64,000 nucleotides of DNA from a virus (IMGVR_UViG_3300048583_000155:6415-70414); one strand, 5' to 3'; numbered from the stretch's first letter, positions 39,335 through 48,221 are shown. The notes: generated by a model from the letters alone, not told the origin. Program-made: numbers and translations.

Positions 39335-40780
39335 TTAAAATGGCGAAGGTTTATCGAAATTGTCTATTCCTGAGCTATGAAAGCGATCAGGATGATACAC
39401 TTTAGCAGGCTCTACTTCAGGTATGTTTGGTTTTATCCAATCAGTCATTTTTCCGAACTTACCCAAATATCTAGCGTCAACCGTCTCAACCGAACCGTTT
39501 CTGTGTTTTGCTATATCGACTTCCATCAATTGATGTGTGCTAGACCCGTCTTCCCTAGTATTAAATTCATAATATTCAGGTCTGTATGGAAAAATTACTA
39601 TATCTGCATCCTGTTCGATACTGCCTGAATCTCTAAGATCAGACAATACAGGACGTTTGTCGCCACCCCTAGTTTCAACTGCTCTTGACAACTGAGACAG
39701 TGCGATAACAGGGATATTTAACTCTTTCGCCATCAGCTTTAGACTCCTAGAAATTTCAGAAACTTTATCATTTGTTGTCTTTCCTTTCCCTAATGTTTCT
39801 ACCAATTGAAGATAATCCAAAACAATCATGTCAATTTTTTCTTTCAGCTTTAACTTCCTAGCACTGCTTCTCATGGTGATATGATTGATACCCGGATCAT
39901 CTACGACTATCGCGTTGTTGGCTACTTTTGAAGAAAACATCGAAAGACTTTCCCAATCATCCTGATTAAAATTACCCGACCTGATTTTTAACCTTTCAAT
40001 TTCCCTATCAACCGATATCATTCTGTTCACAAGTTGAATAGAACTCATTTCAAGAGTGTATAAGGCTGTTTTAAACCCTGCTTTAGCCGCATTCAAAACC
40101 AAGTTTACCGCCAAATCAGATTTACCCATTCCGCTTCTTGCTCCAATGATTATCAAATCGGAATTCTGCCATCCTCCCGTCACCTTATCCAATGCGTAAA
40201 TCCCGCTAGGTATTCCCGTTACACCACTCGGTTTTTTAGATGCTGACTCAATTGCCTTTATAGCTTCAGGCAATATATCTTTCACATACTTTGATTTTCC
40301 TGAATTAAAATATCCTGAATTGATATCAATAATGGCCTTCTCTGCTTTTTCAACCAAAATAACCCCGTCAGAAGTGTCATCGTAAGCATCTCTCAGTAAT
40401 GCTCCTGCCATTGAGATTATATCCCTCTTAATCGCCATCTCAGCTATTATCCTAGCATGAACCTGAATATTGGCTGCCGAAGATACCCTTGATGTCAATT
40501 CAGTGATTGTAAATGCCCCACCCGCTTTCTCTAGGTTCCCTGCCCTTCTAAGTCTGTTTGTTACAGTGAGCAGGTCAATCGGCTCACTATCGCAAAACAA
40601 TTGAACTATCGCCTCATAAATAACCTTGTGAGACTCTTTGTAGAAACTATCCCGGCTAAGTATTTCAGAAATTTCATTTATAGCATCTTTTTCGAGCATC
40701 AAAGCTCCCAAAACCGCTTCTTCCAATTCAGTTGCTTGTGGGGGCAATTTTCCAATACCTTCTACTTTTTTATCTCTCAT
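39335..40780 (-). CDS. dnaB: Replicative DNA helicase DnaB
   Basis: LPPQATELEEAVLGALML, GARSGMGKS, LEMS, VLDYLQL, LSQLSRAVE, SDLRDSGSIEQDAD, IAKHRNG. Confidence 0.97.
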   Translation of the reverse strand: MRDKKVEGIGKLPPQATELEEAVLGALMLEKDAINEISEILSRDSFYKESHKVIYEAIVQLFCDSEPIDLLTVTNRLRRAGNLEKAGGAFTITELTSRVSSAANIQVHARIIAEMAIKRDIISMAGALLRDAYDDTSDGVILVEKAEKAIIDINSGYFNSGKSKYVKDILPEAIKAIESASKKPSGVTGIPSGIYALDKVTGGWQNSDLIIIGARSGMGKSDLAVNLVLNAAKAGFKTALYTLEMSSIQLVNRMISVDREIERLKIRSGNFNQDDWESLSMFSSKVANNAIVVDDPGINHITMRSSARKLKLKEKIDMIVLDYLQLVETLGKGKTTNDKVSEISRSLKLMAKELNIPVIALSQLSRAVETRGGDKRPVLSDLRDSGSIEQDADIVIFPYRPEYYEFNTREDGSSTHQLMEVDIAKHRNGSVETVDARYLGKFGKMTDWIKPNIPEVEPAKVYHPDRFHSSGIDNFDKPSPF

Positions 40781-41565
40781 TGCGGGTTCCTGTTTAATCT
40801 TTTTGGCATTGAGACTACATTGCTTGCTTTAGCATCATCTTTGGACCAATCCTGTTTATTCCAAGAACCGTCCTCATAACTTTTTTCAACACTGCCAATG
40901 TAGGTTGTCCAAGAATGTTTGTACCCGTTTTTATCTTTGAATTTTTTATAAGCCAAAAATTGCTTTTTAAAATACTCAGTCTTATTTGAAATCTCCATGT
41001 ACCTGCAAAAATTGCCTATCTTGATAAAATGTGCCGGATGATACATTTCTGAAATACCGAAATACTCAGCAACCATTTTTGTTGTATTTTGAAGATCGTC
41101 AGAATCAGAAGGAAAAACGAATGTTTCTATTTCATTTTCTTTACTTTCCTTTACTTTCCTTTCCTTTATAGCATTGCCTTCGGATTGCTTTTGCAATGCG
41201 TTCGCATCACTTTCGCTTTCAATACCCTTATTCCATCTATACAAGGCACTTTCTCTTGCTTTTTTTGACTTCTGATCTCTGAAATCCATCCTCCTTAAAA
41301 GGCTTTCTGACCAAAATAAATCTGCTTCAACCACGAATAAACCAAAGTCTTGTATTACACTTTTTATAGTTTCGATATCCTCATGCAATTCAAACGCTAT
41401 GCGTTCGCATTGCAATCGCATCTTATAATTGCTTTCATCCCTAAGCATTTCTATTATAGCCCAATAGATTCCATATCCCCGCATTCCGTATTTCATTCTA
41501 AGATTGATGATTTTACTGTCATTCCTAGAGTTACTGTCATGAGAAAAATAATAGGCGTCCTTCAT
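40777..41565 (-). CDS. Replication initiator-like protein (DUF4373 / Lin1244-Lin1753 N-terminal domain)
   Basis: YYFSHDSNSRND ... KYGMRGYGIYWAIIEML ... FWSESLLRR; directly upstream of dnaB. Confidence 0.85.
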   Translation of the reverse strand: MKDAYYFSHDSNSRNDSKIINLRMKYGMRGYGIYWAIIEMLRDESNYKMRLQCERIAFELHEDIETIKSVIQDFGLFVVEADLFWSESLLRRMDFRDQKSKKARESALYRWNKGIESESDANALQKQSEGNAIKERKVKESKENEIETFVFPSDSDDLQNTTKMVAEYFGISEMYHPAHFIKIGNFCRYMEISNKTEYFKKQFLAYKKFKDKNGYKHSWTTYIGSVEKSYEDGSWNKQDWSKDDAKASNVVSMPKRLNRNPQ

Positions 41566-42176
41566 GATTTCTGAGTTTCTGGCTTTGGTAAGACATCAAA
41601 ATCAACGATCCTATTAACCATTAAAGACCTTGATTTATGGTCGAAATGATGGATTTTATGTGTAAAATACTGAGGGTTAAACAGTATGTCTTTTAAAGAT
41701 TGGGTGAATCCATAAGCTGTTTCACAATAGAATTGACTATACAATTGCTGAACTTCAGGATCGTCTTCAAAAGAATCATCAAGCTCTTCTATTTTTTCAA
41801 GAACAGCGTAATGATCTGCATTTATTTTTTTACCTGTAAGCCTGAATATTTTGTAGCCCTGATTTTTTAAAACAGTATCCCTTATTTTATCCTTTTTTAC
41901 ATCGTGAAATTTTTCCCCGTCACACTCAATGATTATTTTTGTCCTTGGATTACAAAAATCAGTCATATAATTCAACACCGGATACTGTGGGTAAAAAACC
42001 AATCCTTGAATGTATAGATTGTCCCAAACAATTTCTTCTATCGGAGACAATCCGCCATGATCTAAAATAAACTCCCGAATCACATTCTTGTAAGACCACC
42101 TAGAATCTTTTAATATCTTCGGGGATAAATCTTCGTAAAATTCTCGGTAAGCGTTTAATTTTTCTTTCCAGTCCAT
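41562..42176 (-). CDS. DUF559 / Vsr-like PD-(D/E)xK endonuclease
   Basis: SPIEEIVW, PQYPV, YMTDF, IIIECDGEKFH, DKIRD, GYKIFRLTG; start reassigned to MDWKEK. Confidence 0.85.
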   Translation of the reverse strand: MDWKEKLNAYREFYEDLSPKILKDSRWSYKNVIREFILDHGGLSPIEEIVWDNLYIQGLVFYPQYPVLNYMTDFCNPRTKIIIECDGEKFHDVKKDKIRDTVLKNQGYKIFRLTGKKINADHYAVLEKIEELDDSFEDDPEVQQLYSQFYCETAYGFTQSLKDILFNPQYFTHKIHHFDHKSRSLMVNRIVDFDVLPKPETQKS

Positions 42177-42219
42177 TCGGGTGAATTTTAAACTTTGTTT
42201 AACTTTTTGAGAAAATTTT

Positions 42220-42375
42220 TTAACCACAGTAAACTAACGTAGCTCCGTTTATCTTAACGGTAGTGAGTTCGCCTGCTTTTACTTTTTGACTTATTCTTCC
42301 TTTTGAAAGCCCGACTTTCTTAGCGTACTCTGTTTGGGTGTAGAGTTTGCTTCTGTCGATTTTAAGTGAATCCAT
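42220..42375 (-). CDS. Small excisionase/Cro-like HTH protein (51 aa, not in ORF track)
   Basis: MDSLKIDRSKLYTQTEYAKKVGLSKGRISQKVKAGELTTVKINGATLVYCG; own TTTG...TAATATTG promoter. Confidence 0.8.
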   Translation of the reverse strand: MDSLKIDRSKLYTQTEYAKKVGLSKGRISQKVKAGELTTVKINGATLVYCG

Positions 42376-42417
42376 ATTTCAATATTAAACAAAGTTTATG
42401 TAACGACAAAACATTTC

Positions 42418-42648
42418 TTAAAGATTTTCTTCATACTCATGGGTAATCTCACAAGCGTGTCCGGTGTTTCGGATTGCCTGCATTACTGCATTGAAGAAAT
42501 TCAGTCTATCGACAGGATTCGGGATATCAAAAAAGAACACGCGCCCTTTTTTATAGAGATACCCATTGGTGTCATTTAGACTTTTTTCTAGTCTTCGAAA
42601 CTGCGCTCTTTCTGCTTGAAAATTCTTTAGATTCAGGAACACCTTCAT
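42418..42648 (-). CDS. Hypothetical protein
   Basis: 76 aa ORF overlapping upstream HTH gene. Confidence 0.5.
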   Translation of the reverse strand: MKVFLNLKNFQAERAQFRRLEKSLNDTNGYLYKKGRVFFFDIPNPVDRLNFFNAVMQAIRNTGHACEITHEYEENL

Positions 42649-42781
42649 ATTCGATCATTCTCCCTCCTTTTGTTTCGACTAATTTTAGCATTCCTTTGTT
42701 GGCAAGCTGAGTAATCCAGCTTCTCGATTTTCCGATTGCACGCGCAAACTCGGCAAATGTCCATAAGTTCTCTTTTTTCAT
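42572..42781 (-). CDS. Small excisionase/Cro-like HTH protein
   Basis: LWTFAEFARAIGKSRSWITQLANKGML; promoter element TACCTTTG just upstream. Confidence 0.8.
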   Translation of the reverse strand: MKKENLWTFAEFARAIGKSRSWITQLANKGMLKLVETKGGRMIEYEGVPESKEFSSRKSAVSKTRKKSK

Positions 42782-42812
42782 CCATCAAAGGTAAACAGTG
42801 TTAATGATTAAA

Positions 42813-43064
42813 TCAACGATTTTTCTTACTTTCCTGATACTTTAAAAATCCCATAACCAAAGCGGTCATTGATTCTTCGCTCAATCCGATGTTTGTGTAA
42901 GCGACACCCCGGATATTAAATGATTTCGATGTTACAATCCCTTTTCCGACAAAGTTTTTAAACTCCATCTGAAAAGCTCCGTTTTCTTCGACTACCGTAA
43001 ACCCTTTGTTATGTGATCGGTACTTAAACCCGTTTTTATAAAGAATTGATTTTGGTTTTTTCAT
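42813..43064 (-). CDS. Hypothetical protein
   Basis: 83 aa ORF in operon. Confidence 0.65.
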   Translation of the reverse strand: MKKPKSILYKNGFKYRSHNKGFTVVEENGAFQMEFKNFVGKGIVTSKSFNIRGVAYTNIGLSEESMTALVMGFLKYQESKKNR

Positions 43065-43078
43065 AAATCAATAAATTT

Positions 43079-43171
43079 TTATGATAAGAAAAATATTGAA
43101 ATGTAACACGCTACGACCAATATTACAACCACAATAAGCATTATGTCCCAAACCCCATCTTCAGTTTCCAT
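43079..43171 (-). CDS. 30-aa single-TM peptide (not in ORF track)
   Basis: METEDGVWDIMLIVVVILVVACYISIFFLS; fills intergenic gap. Confidence 0.5.
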   Translation of the reverse strand: METEDGVWDIMLIVVVILVVACYISIFFLS

Positions 43172-43490
43172 AAACATCTCCCAATTTAAATCCATGTCCA
43201 GCCGGCAAATAGAAAGCATTCACAGCCCTTTTATCAGTCGGGACGTACTTGTAGATACCATTCTTCTTTTTCTTCTTATACGTGTCAAATTCAACTGTAA
43301 CGCTGTTTGCATCATAGTGAATTACCCTACCATGTTCCGATGTGAGGATTTCACCCGGAGAACAGGAAAACAGAAGTATTACAATCAATACCCAAGCAAT
43401 AATTCCCAAAGGAAACATTGCCTGAATACCTATTTGCTTTTTCGTGTAATTGTACCGCAAGTAGCGGTAGTAGAGGTTAAGGAGTTTCAT
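43161..43490 (-). CDS. Putative lipoprotein
   Basis: Hydrophobic stretch ending in LLFSC lipobox. Confidence 0.6.
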   Translation of the reverse strand: MKLLNLYYRYLRYNYTKKQIGIQAMFPLGIIAWVLIVILLFSCSPGEILTSEHGRVIHYDANSVTVEFDTYKKKKKNGIYKYVPTDKRAVNAFYLPAGHGFKLGDVYGN

Positions 43491-43692
43491 TTTGCATTAG
43501 TTTTTCGTGCAGTGATTCCCAATATACATGTCCCTGTTTTGTTTCTTTCCAAACAAAAGCGTCTCCAAGAGCATCAGATAAGAATTCCGCTTCTTTATTC
43601 CCTGTATAGGGAGTGTCTTTTTTACAATTCTCAATAGCCTCACTTCTATAAGGTTCATCAAGTTCTTTAAGCCATTCAATTACTTTTTTCAT
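43477..43692 (-). CDS. Hypothetical phage protein
   Basis: WLKELDEPYRSEAIEN ... AFVWKETKQGHVYW. Confidence 0.7.
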   Translation of the reverse strand: MKKVIEWLKELDEPYRSEAIENCKKDTPYTGNKEAEFLSDALGDAFVWKETKQGHVYWESLHEKLMQNETP

Positions 43693-43693
43693 C

Positions 43694-43948
43694 CTACTTC
43701 CTCTTAAATATACCCAAAAACTTTCTTTTCGGACAAGTGGAACATTGGAACCTTTTGTTGTTCGCTTTGTGATATTTCCGAACGTTGTCGTTCTTGTACT
43801 TTGGTATTTCCGTTACCGTAGTGGCTTCCAAAGTACTCGCATGAGATGGTTGGGTGTTACACATGAACACAAGCGCAAACAGGATATATACAAGCCATGT
43901 AGCGTTATCCCATGCTGATTTTTTCGATACTTCTATTTTTGTTTTCAT
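43694..43948 (-). CDS. Small membrane/secreted protein
   Basis: TM segment WLVYILFALVFMC; basic tail with CSTC. Confidence 0.6.
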   Translation of the reverse strand: MKTKIEVSKKSAWDNATWLVYILFALVFMCNTQPSHASTLEATTVTEIPKYKNDNVRKYHKANNKRFQCSTCPKRKFLGIFKRK

Positions 43949-43960
43949 AGTTTTGGTTCG

Positions 43961-44335
43961 TTAATATTTTTTACCGTGTTTGTGAGGTCTTAATTTGTTG
44001 TACCTTACCTTGGCCCGAATATGCCTTTCAAGATCAATTCCTTTGAATGCTGCCAAATCCATGACTCTAATCATGATGTCAGCGAGTTCATCTTCAAAAG
44101 TATCTTTGCATTGCTCGGTAAAGTTTTGCTTAAAATCTTCCCCGCTTACCCATCCTAGCAATACATTGAATTCAGAATCATTCAAGTTTGCGTGTTTACC
44201 ATGTCTATCTGCCTCAAGAGCTTCGCTTGCTTCCGAATGGATTAAAGCAATCATTTCGCCGATGTTTTTTGGACCATCGTAAAAACCTTTTTCTTTGTTG
44301 TTTTGATGGATTTGTTTTGCTAGTTCGTTTATCAT
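43961..44335 (-). CDS. MazG-like NTP pyrophosphohydrolase
   Basis: IALIHSEASEALEADR ... EDELADIMIRVMDL ... KVRYNKLRPHKHGK; start reassigned to MINELAKQ. Confidence 0.88.
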   Translation of the reverse strand: MINELAKQIHQNNKEKGFYDGPKNIGEMIALIHSEASEALEADRHGKHANLNDSEFNVLLGWVSGEDFKQNFTEQCKDTFEDELADIMIRVMDLAAFKGIDLERHIRAKVRYNKLRPHKHGKKY

Positions 44336-44499
44336 TTTTGAATACTTTTTAATAGTTCCTGTTTTTTGGATTCTAGTACTCGCTTTACTTCGCTTGCCGT
44401 AAATGGCAATCCATGTAAATAAGTACATATACCTAATTCCAAATCCTCAGATATCTCCTCAATTTTTTCAGGTGTTAAAACTGCGTAGTTGCCTTTCAT
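44332..44499 (-). CDS. Hypothetical 55-aa protein (not in ORF track)
   Basis: MKGNYAVLTPEKIEEISEDL...; ATGA overlap with MazG-like gene. Confidence 0.6.
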   Translation of the reverse strand: MKGNYAVLTPEKIEEISEDLELGICTYLHGLPFTASEVKRVLESKKQELLKSIQK

Positions 44500-44509
44500 A
44501 TCTGTTTTG

Positions 44510-44872
44510 TTAAATTTTCCAGTCTAAATCAACTACGCACATCCCTATTCTTGGATGATATTGAATAGCGCATTTGTATTTGTCTGCAAGTTTTAAAAAT
44601 TCATCATAAAACTCCTTATGCCTATCATTTTGCATATTGGAATTAATATTTATTCTTTGACCGTCTAAGCTGGCTATTCTTAATCCTTCCAACATTCCAA
44701 TCTCAATACCTTGAAACCAAATTTCCCTTACTGTTTTCTGATTGTATTTAGGTGTAAGTCTAAAAAAACCTTTTGTGGTAAAACTTGTGTCAACTCTTTT
44801 TAACCTTTGAATTTCATCAAATACCCTTGGATCATCTGGGTATTCACTTTTTAAGCATTTATTTCCTTTCAT
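44510..44872 (-). CDS. Hypothetical protein
   Basis: 120 aa ORF in operon. Confidence 0.7.
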   Translation of the reverse strand: MKGNKCLKSEYPDDPRVFDEIQRLKRVDTSFTTKGFFRLTPKYNQKTVREIWFQGIEIGMLEGLRIASLDGQRININSNMQNDRHKEFYDEFLKLADKYKCAIQYHPRIGMCVVDLDWKI

Positions 44873-44894
44873 ATCTTAATTATTAATGGGTTAG

Positions 44895-45130
44895 AAAAAT
44901 ACCGTCTTTCCGGCTGTCACGATTTTACCATTGTCAGACAATTGTTTTGCCTCTCATTACCTCAATGGTTTTGGGGGACGTTTACCTGATTATCCGTCAC
45001 CATTCCACTATGCAGGGGAAAATATTTTAAAACAAGACGGCTGTTCAATAAATAACGATCCTAAATTTGTTTAAGGTTAGAGATTTAAACCGTCCTGTTT
45101 TGGTGGAGGAAGTAGGCTACGACCCTACGC
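44895..45130 (-). ncRNA. Candidate structured non-coding RNA region
   Basis: ~300 nt gap in a dense operon containing a tRNA-like 3' end, a 12-bp-closed hairpin and GACAGCCGGAAAGACGG. Confidence 0.4.
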
Positions 45131-45176
45131 ACATATCCACTTACATATTGACTGTATTTATAAACCCTAATCAATA

Positions 45177-45656
45177 TTATTCTGATTTCACTTCCCTTAA
45201 AGGTTCTAATCCTTCGTCGATTTCTTCTTCCTTCTCGTAAGGAAATACCTCTACAATCGGGCTTTCAATAACAGAAGGAACCCTGAATGAGACAAGCATA
45301 TTGGAAAGACTCTTATGGATTCTTTCATAAGCCTCTTTCACATCATGCGCGGTAACAAGCATAAATTGATTCACCTTTTTTTCTCTACCTGAATCACCGT
45401 CTGCGACTATGTAAGTCACTTTGCATTTGTGCCAGATATCAATGTCTTCATAATTAAAAACATCAACCAAGTTGGACTTTATAAGTCTAGTGACCTGAAA
45501 ATCTCCCCGAATTACACTTCCTAGAATATTGTACATTCTAGCCTCTGCTTCAGTGTGCGAAACCGCGTCCACTAAATACTTTTCGCTTACGTTTCTTAAT
45601 AAGCCTTGTTCTGTTTCTTTTGCATACTTTACAGTTGCTTCAAACCAAATTCTCAT
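45177..45656 (-). CDS. DUF4494 family protein (Bacteroidota)
   Basis: WFEATVKY ... EKYLVDAVSHTEAEAR ... WHKCKV ... GREKKV ... ESPIVEVFPY. Confidence 0.88.
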   Translation of the reverse strand: MRIWFEATVKYAKETEQGLLRNVSEKYLVDAVSHTEAEARMYNILGSVIRGDFQVTRLIKSNLVDVFNYEDIDIWHKCKVTYIVADGDSGREKKVNQFMLVTAHDVKEAYERIHKSLSNMLVSFRVPSVIESPIVEVFPYEKEEEIDEGLEPLREVKSE

Positions 45657-45838
45657 GCTGATTTTTGTTTTTTAGTGATGTATTTATTTAAATTCTCAGG
45701 TATCGGAACGCCTTTTTCAATCGCTTCCGATATAAGATCGTAACTTTCTTTTACCAAGTATCTTCCGGGATAATCTTCTTTTGAAAGTTCATCTAATTTC
45801 TCGATGATTTTTTCTCTTTCTGATTTAGTTTCTTTCAT
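45653..45838 (-). CDS. Hypothetical protein
   Basis: 61 aa; preceded by TTTG...TAAGTTTG promoter. Confidence 0.7.
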   Translation of the reverse strand: MKETKSEREKIIEKLDELSKEDYPGRYLVKESYDLISEAIEKGVPIPENLNKYITKKQKSA

Positions 45839-45842
45839 ATTC

Positions 45843-45873
45843 CAAACTTAACAATGTTAAGTGATTTATCAAA
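45843..45873 (-). promoter_or_regulatory. Bacteroidota sigma-A type promoter with embedded palindromic operator
   Basis: On minus: TTTG-19 nt-TAAGTTTG, containing TTAACATTGTTAA; ATG 4 nt downstream. Confidence 0.75.
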
Positions 45874-45908
45874 ATATTTGCCGAGATATTTTAAATCCCG
45901 GCAGATGG

Positions 45909-46514
45909 TTATTTATTTAAGTATTCTTCCATTACTTTCATCAACTCCCTAATTTCGTTAGGTGTGATGTCGGGCATTTTACTGAATGTGAAAACTATTT
46001 CATTACCATGAATTGTTTTCCAATCAACCTTGATCCTTTCAGGTAGCTTTGTAGCCCATTTGCCTTGTTGGTAAAACAACACTCCCTGATAGAATAAAGA
46101 ATCTGTTTTTTTGTCGTAATCAATATAGTTGCTTTTACCGCAGTGCTGTGGGATTTCATTGATAGAATCGTTAATTGAGAATTTATCTCCTTTGTTTATT
46201 ACAGGAAACTTCTCAAAAGCAATCCTTTTCAGTTGCTCGATGTAGGCTTGTTCGTTGGATGGTTTTATGTCTTTTTTATACATAAAAACAACCGATCCGT
46301 TTTGATTGAAATATCGAACCTCATCATCTGTGATTCTGTGAACTTTGCAGATCGGCCAATTTGTACCACCTCTATCAATAAATTCAACTCCATCCCAAGT
46401 ATCCTTTTTCTTCACCGCGAATACAGTTTCATTATTAAACGAAACATTGGTAATAACCTCAAATTCGGTTCCGTCAAGCATTTTTTTAAGTGTTTCTAAG
46501 TCTGATCTTTTCAT
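45909..46514 (-). CDS. Hypothetical protein
   Basis: 201 aa ORF; FYQQGKWAT motif typical of Bacteroidota phage repeat domains. Confidence 0.7.
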   Translation of the reverse strand: MKRSDLETLKKMLDGTEFEVITNVSFNNETVFAVKKKDTWDGVEFIDRGGTNWPICKVHRITDDEVRYFNQNGSVVFMYKKDIKPSNEQAYIEQLKRIAFEKFPVINKGDKFSINDSINEIPQHCGKSNYIDYDKKTDSLFYQGVLFYQQGKWATKLPERIKVDWKTIHGNEIVFTFSKMPDITPNEIRELMKVMEEYLNK

Positions 46515-46756
46515 TTCTTTTCAAGTTTAGATTTTAACCATTCGATTCTGTATGAAATCTCGCCGGACGGCCATAAATATTCCAACGGGCTTTTATTCAT
46601 AATCCTAGCCTCTTCTTCAAGTAGGTTATCCAAGTAGTTGTACTCATCTTTGGAAATAACCCTTTGCTCACATAAATAAAAAATCCACATACAAAGTCCG
46701 TAAGGGAACGAGTCCTGTCTTTCCAATATTACCTCAAGCAGATTTTCCCGGATCAT
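46511..46756 (-). CDS. Hypothetical protein
   Basis: YGLC ... YLWP ... RIEWL; coupled to neighbours. Confidence 0.7.
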   Translation of the reverse strand: MIRENLLEVILERQDSFPYGLCMWIFYLCEQRVISKDEYNYLDNLLEEEARIMNKSPLEYLWPSGEISYRIEWLKSKLEKK

Positions 46757-47292
46757 ATTGGGTTTCCTTCTACGTTATTTTCTTCAATATTCCCGAAAGG
46801 ACCGAATGTAAAAAACGGACTTCTGTACTTTGGATTGTCGAATATTCCTTTGGATTCGTTTTTATTGGTTTTGTCCACCCATTCCTTCCAAATTTCGGCA
46901 GATGATTGTTCTTTTGGCTCCGTTGATTTTGCAATCAGATTCTTTTGTCTTTCGTGCTGATCCTGCATGAGTTTTGCATGACTTTCAGGAGTCAATCTTT
47001 CTGCATTCAAGTAAAGATCAATAGGGTGTTCGCTTTCTATATCGGTTACGAACCTATTTTCAGATTTTACTTCAGTTACAAGAGGACGTTTACCGCCCGC
47101 CATTGCTTTAAGCATAGATTCGGGAGAACCTTTTTTAACCTCTATTTTACCAGACACACTAACGCCTGTATTCAGAAGATCGTTAAATCCTCTTTCCAAT
47201 TCTTCGGATAAGCCTTGTTTGTTCAGTTCTGTCAATCGAGCGTTTTCCATTTTCAGCGCCTTGATGATTTTACGCAATTTTTTCTTTTTCAT
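46753..47292 (-). CDS. Hypothetical protein
   Basis: 179 aa ORF with ATGA overlaps. Confidence 0.7.
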   Translation of the reverse strand: MKKKKLRKIIKALKMENARLTELNKQGLSEELERGFNDLLNTGVSVSGKIEVKKGSPESMLKAMAGGKRPLVTEVKSENRFVTDIESEHPIDLYLNAERLTPESHAKLMQDQHERQKNLIAKSTEPKEQSSAEIWKEWVDKTNKNESKGIFDNPKYRSPFFTFGPFGNIEENNVEGNPI

Positions 47293-47534
47293 AATTCAAC
47301 TTCTTTAAAATTCAGTTTTCCGTTTACTTTTCTGTCACAAATCCCGACATGCAATTCAGGAGTTTCTAGGAACCTGAGCAATACAATTCCCTTTTCCCGG
47401 CATTCAGGATTCGGGTGCATGGATATCTGAGAAACTGTGAGGACCTGATTCTTTTTTGGATATGTAAATCCATAAATCTTTTTGAGTTTTTTAAACCCTG
47501 TCTGTGTAATTACTTTACTTCCGATGTGTATCAT
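47289..47534 (-). CDS. Hypothetical protein
   Basis: 81 aa ORF with ATGA overlaps. Confidence 0.65.
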   Translation of the reverse strand: MIHIGSKVITQTGFKKLKKIYGFTYPKKNQVLTVSQISMHPNPECREKGIVLLRFLETPELHVGICDRKVNGKLNFKEVEL

Positions 47535-47956
47535 TTCAATTTATCAATTATCAATCCTTCCTCGAAATAGCTTTGATCGAATACCCAAAAGTGCCATTCG
47601 AATAGTTTTTGTATGTTATCCCACGTAAAACCATTTATACCATAATTTAATGACATTTCAAGATGATCTTTTGAGGTTATTCCTAAATCTTTTTCAAAAT
47701 CAGTATCAATCGGATATAACCTTTCAGCAGGCACAAACCCCAATTCAGGAATGAACTTGTCAAGGTCGGATAAGCGGTACATGATTGGTTTGATGTAATC
47801 ATAGGATTTATTCATCGTTAAATACATGACTGTTGCTTGATCCAATGATGTAACTCCTATATCAGTTCTACCGTTTCGATAAGTATATGACTTTTCAATC
47901 TTCAACCTTGTGCCCAAATAATTCTTTAACTGTGCTAATTCTAGCTTCTTTTGCAT
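47531..47956 (-). CDS. Hypothetical Bacteroidota phage protein
   Basis: LELAQLKNYL ... IKPIMYRLSDL ... QKLFEWHF ... GLIID; start reassigned to MQKKLEL. Confidence 0.75.
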   Translation of the reverse strand: MQKKLELAQLKNYLGTRLKIEKSYTYRNGRTDIGVTSLDQATVMYLTMNKSYDYIKPIMYRLSDLDKFIPELGFVPAERLYPIDTDFEKDLGITSKDHLEMSLNYGINGFTWDNIQKLFEWHFWVFDQSYFEEGLIIDKLK

Positions 47957-48017
47957 ATTAATTAATTTACTTAACAAAGTTAAGTGATTTGAAATAGAAT
48001 GCAATAGGGGATGGGGA

Positions 48018-48221
48018 TTATTTTACAAAAGATATTCTAATCTTTTCCAATATCTCATCGAATTCTTCCTGAGATACGTGTTTGGGCTTGCTGATATAAA
48101 CCAAAGGAGAAATTGAGTTGATTTTTCTCGAATGTCCCCAAATGATCCCGGACTTAATCCCGAATATCTTATTTTTATTTCTGTCAAATTCAAAATCGCG
48201 GTATTTGTCAAAGATGGTCAT
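48018..48221 (-). CDS. Hypothetical protein
   Basis: Start reassigned to MTIFDKYR (ATGA overlap). Confidence 0.6.
   Translation of the reverse strand: MTIFDKYRDFEFDRNKNKIFGIKSGIIWGHSRKINSISPLVYISKPKHVSQEEFDEILEKIRISFVK

Noticed and set aside
45101-45176. Complete tRNA gene
   Set aside because: Only T-arm and 3' acceptor strand present; no complementary 5' strand, D-arm or anticodon arm
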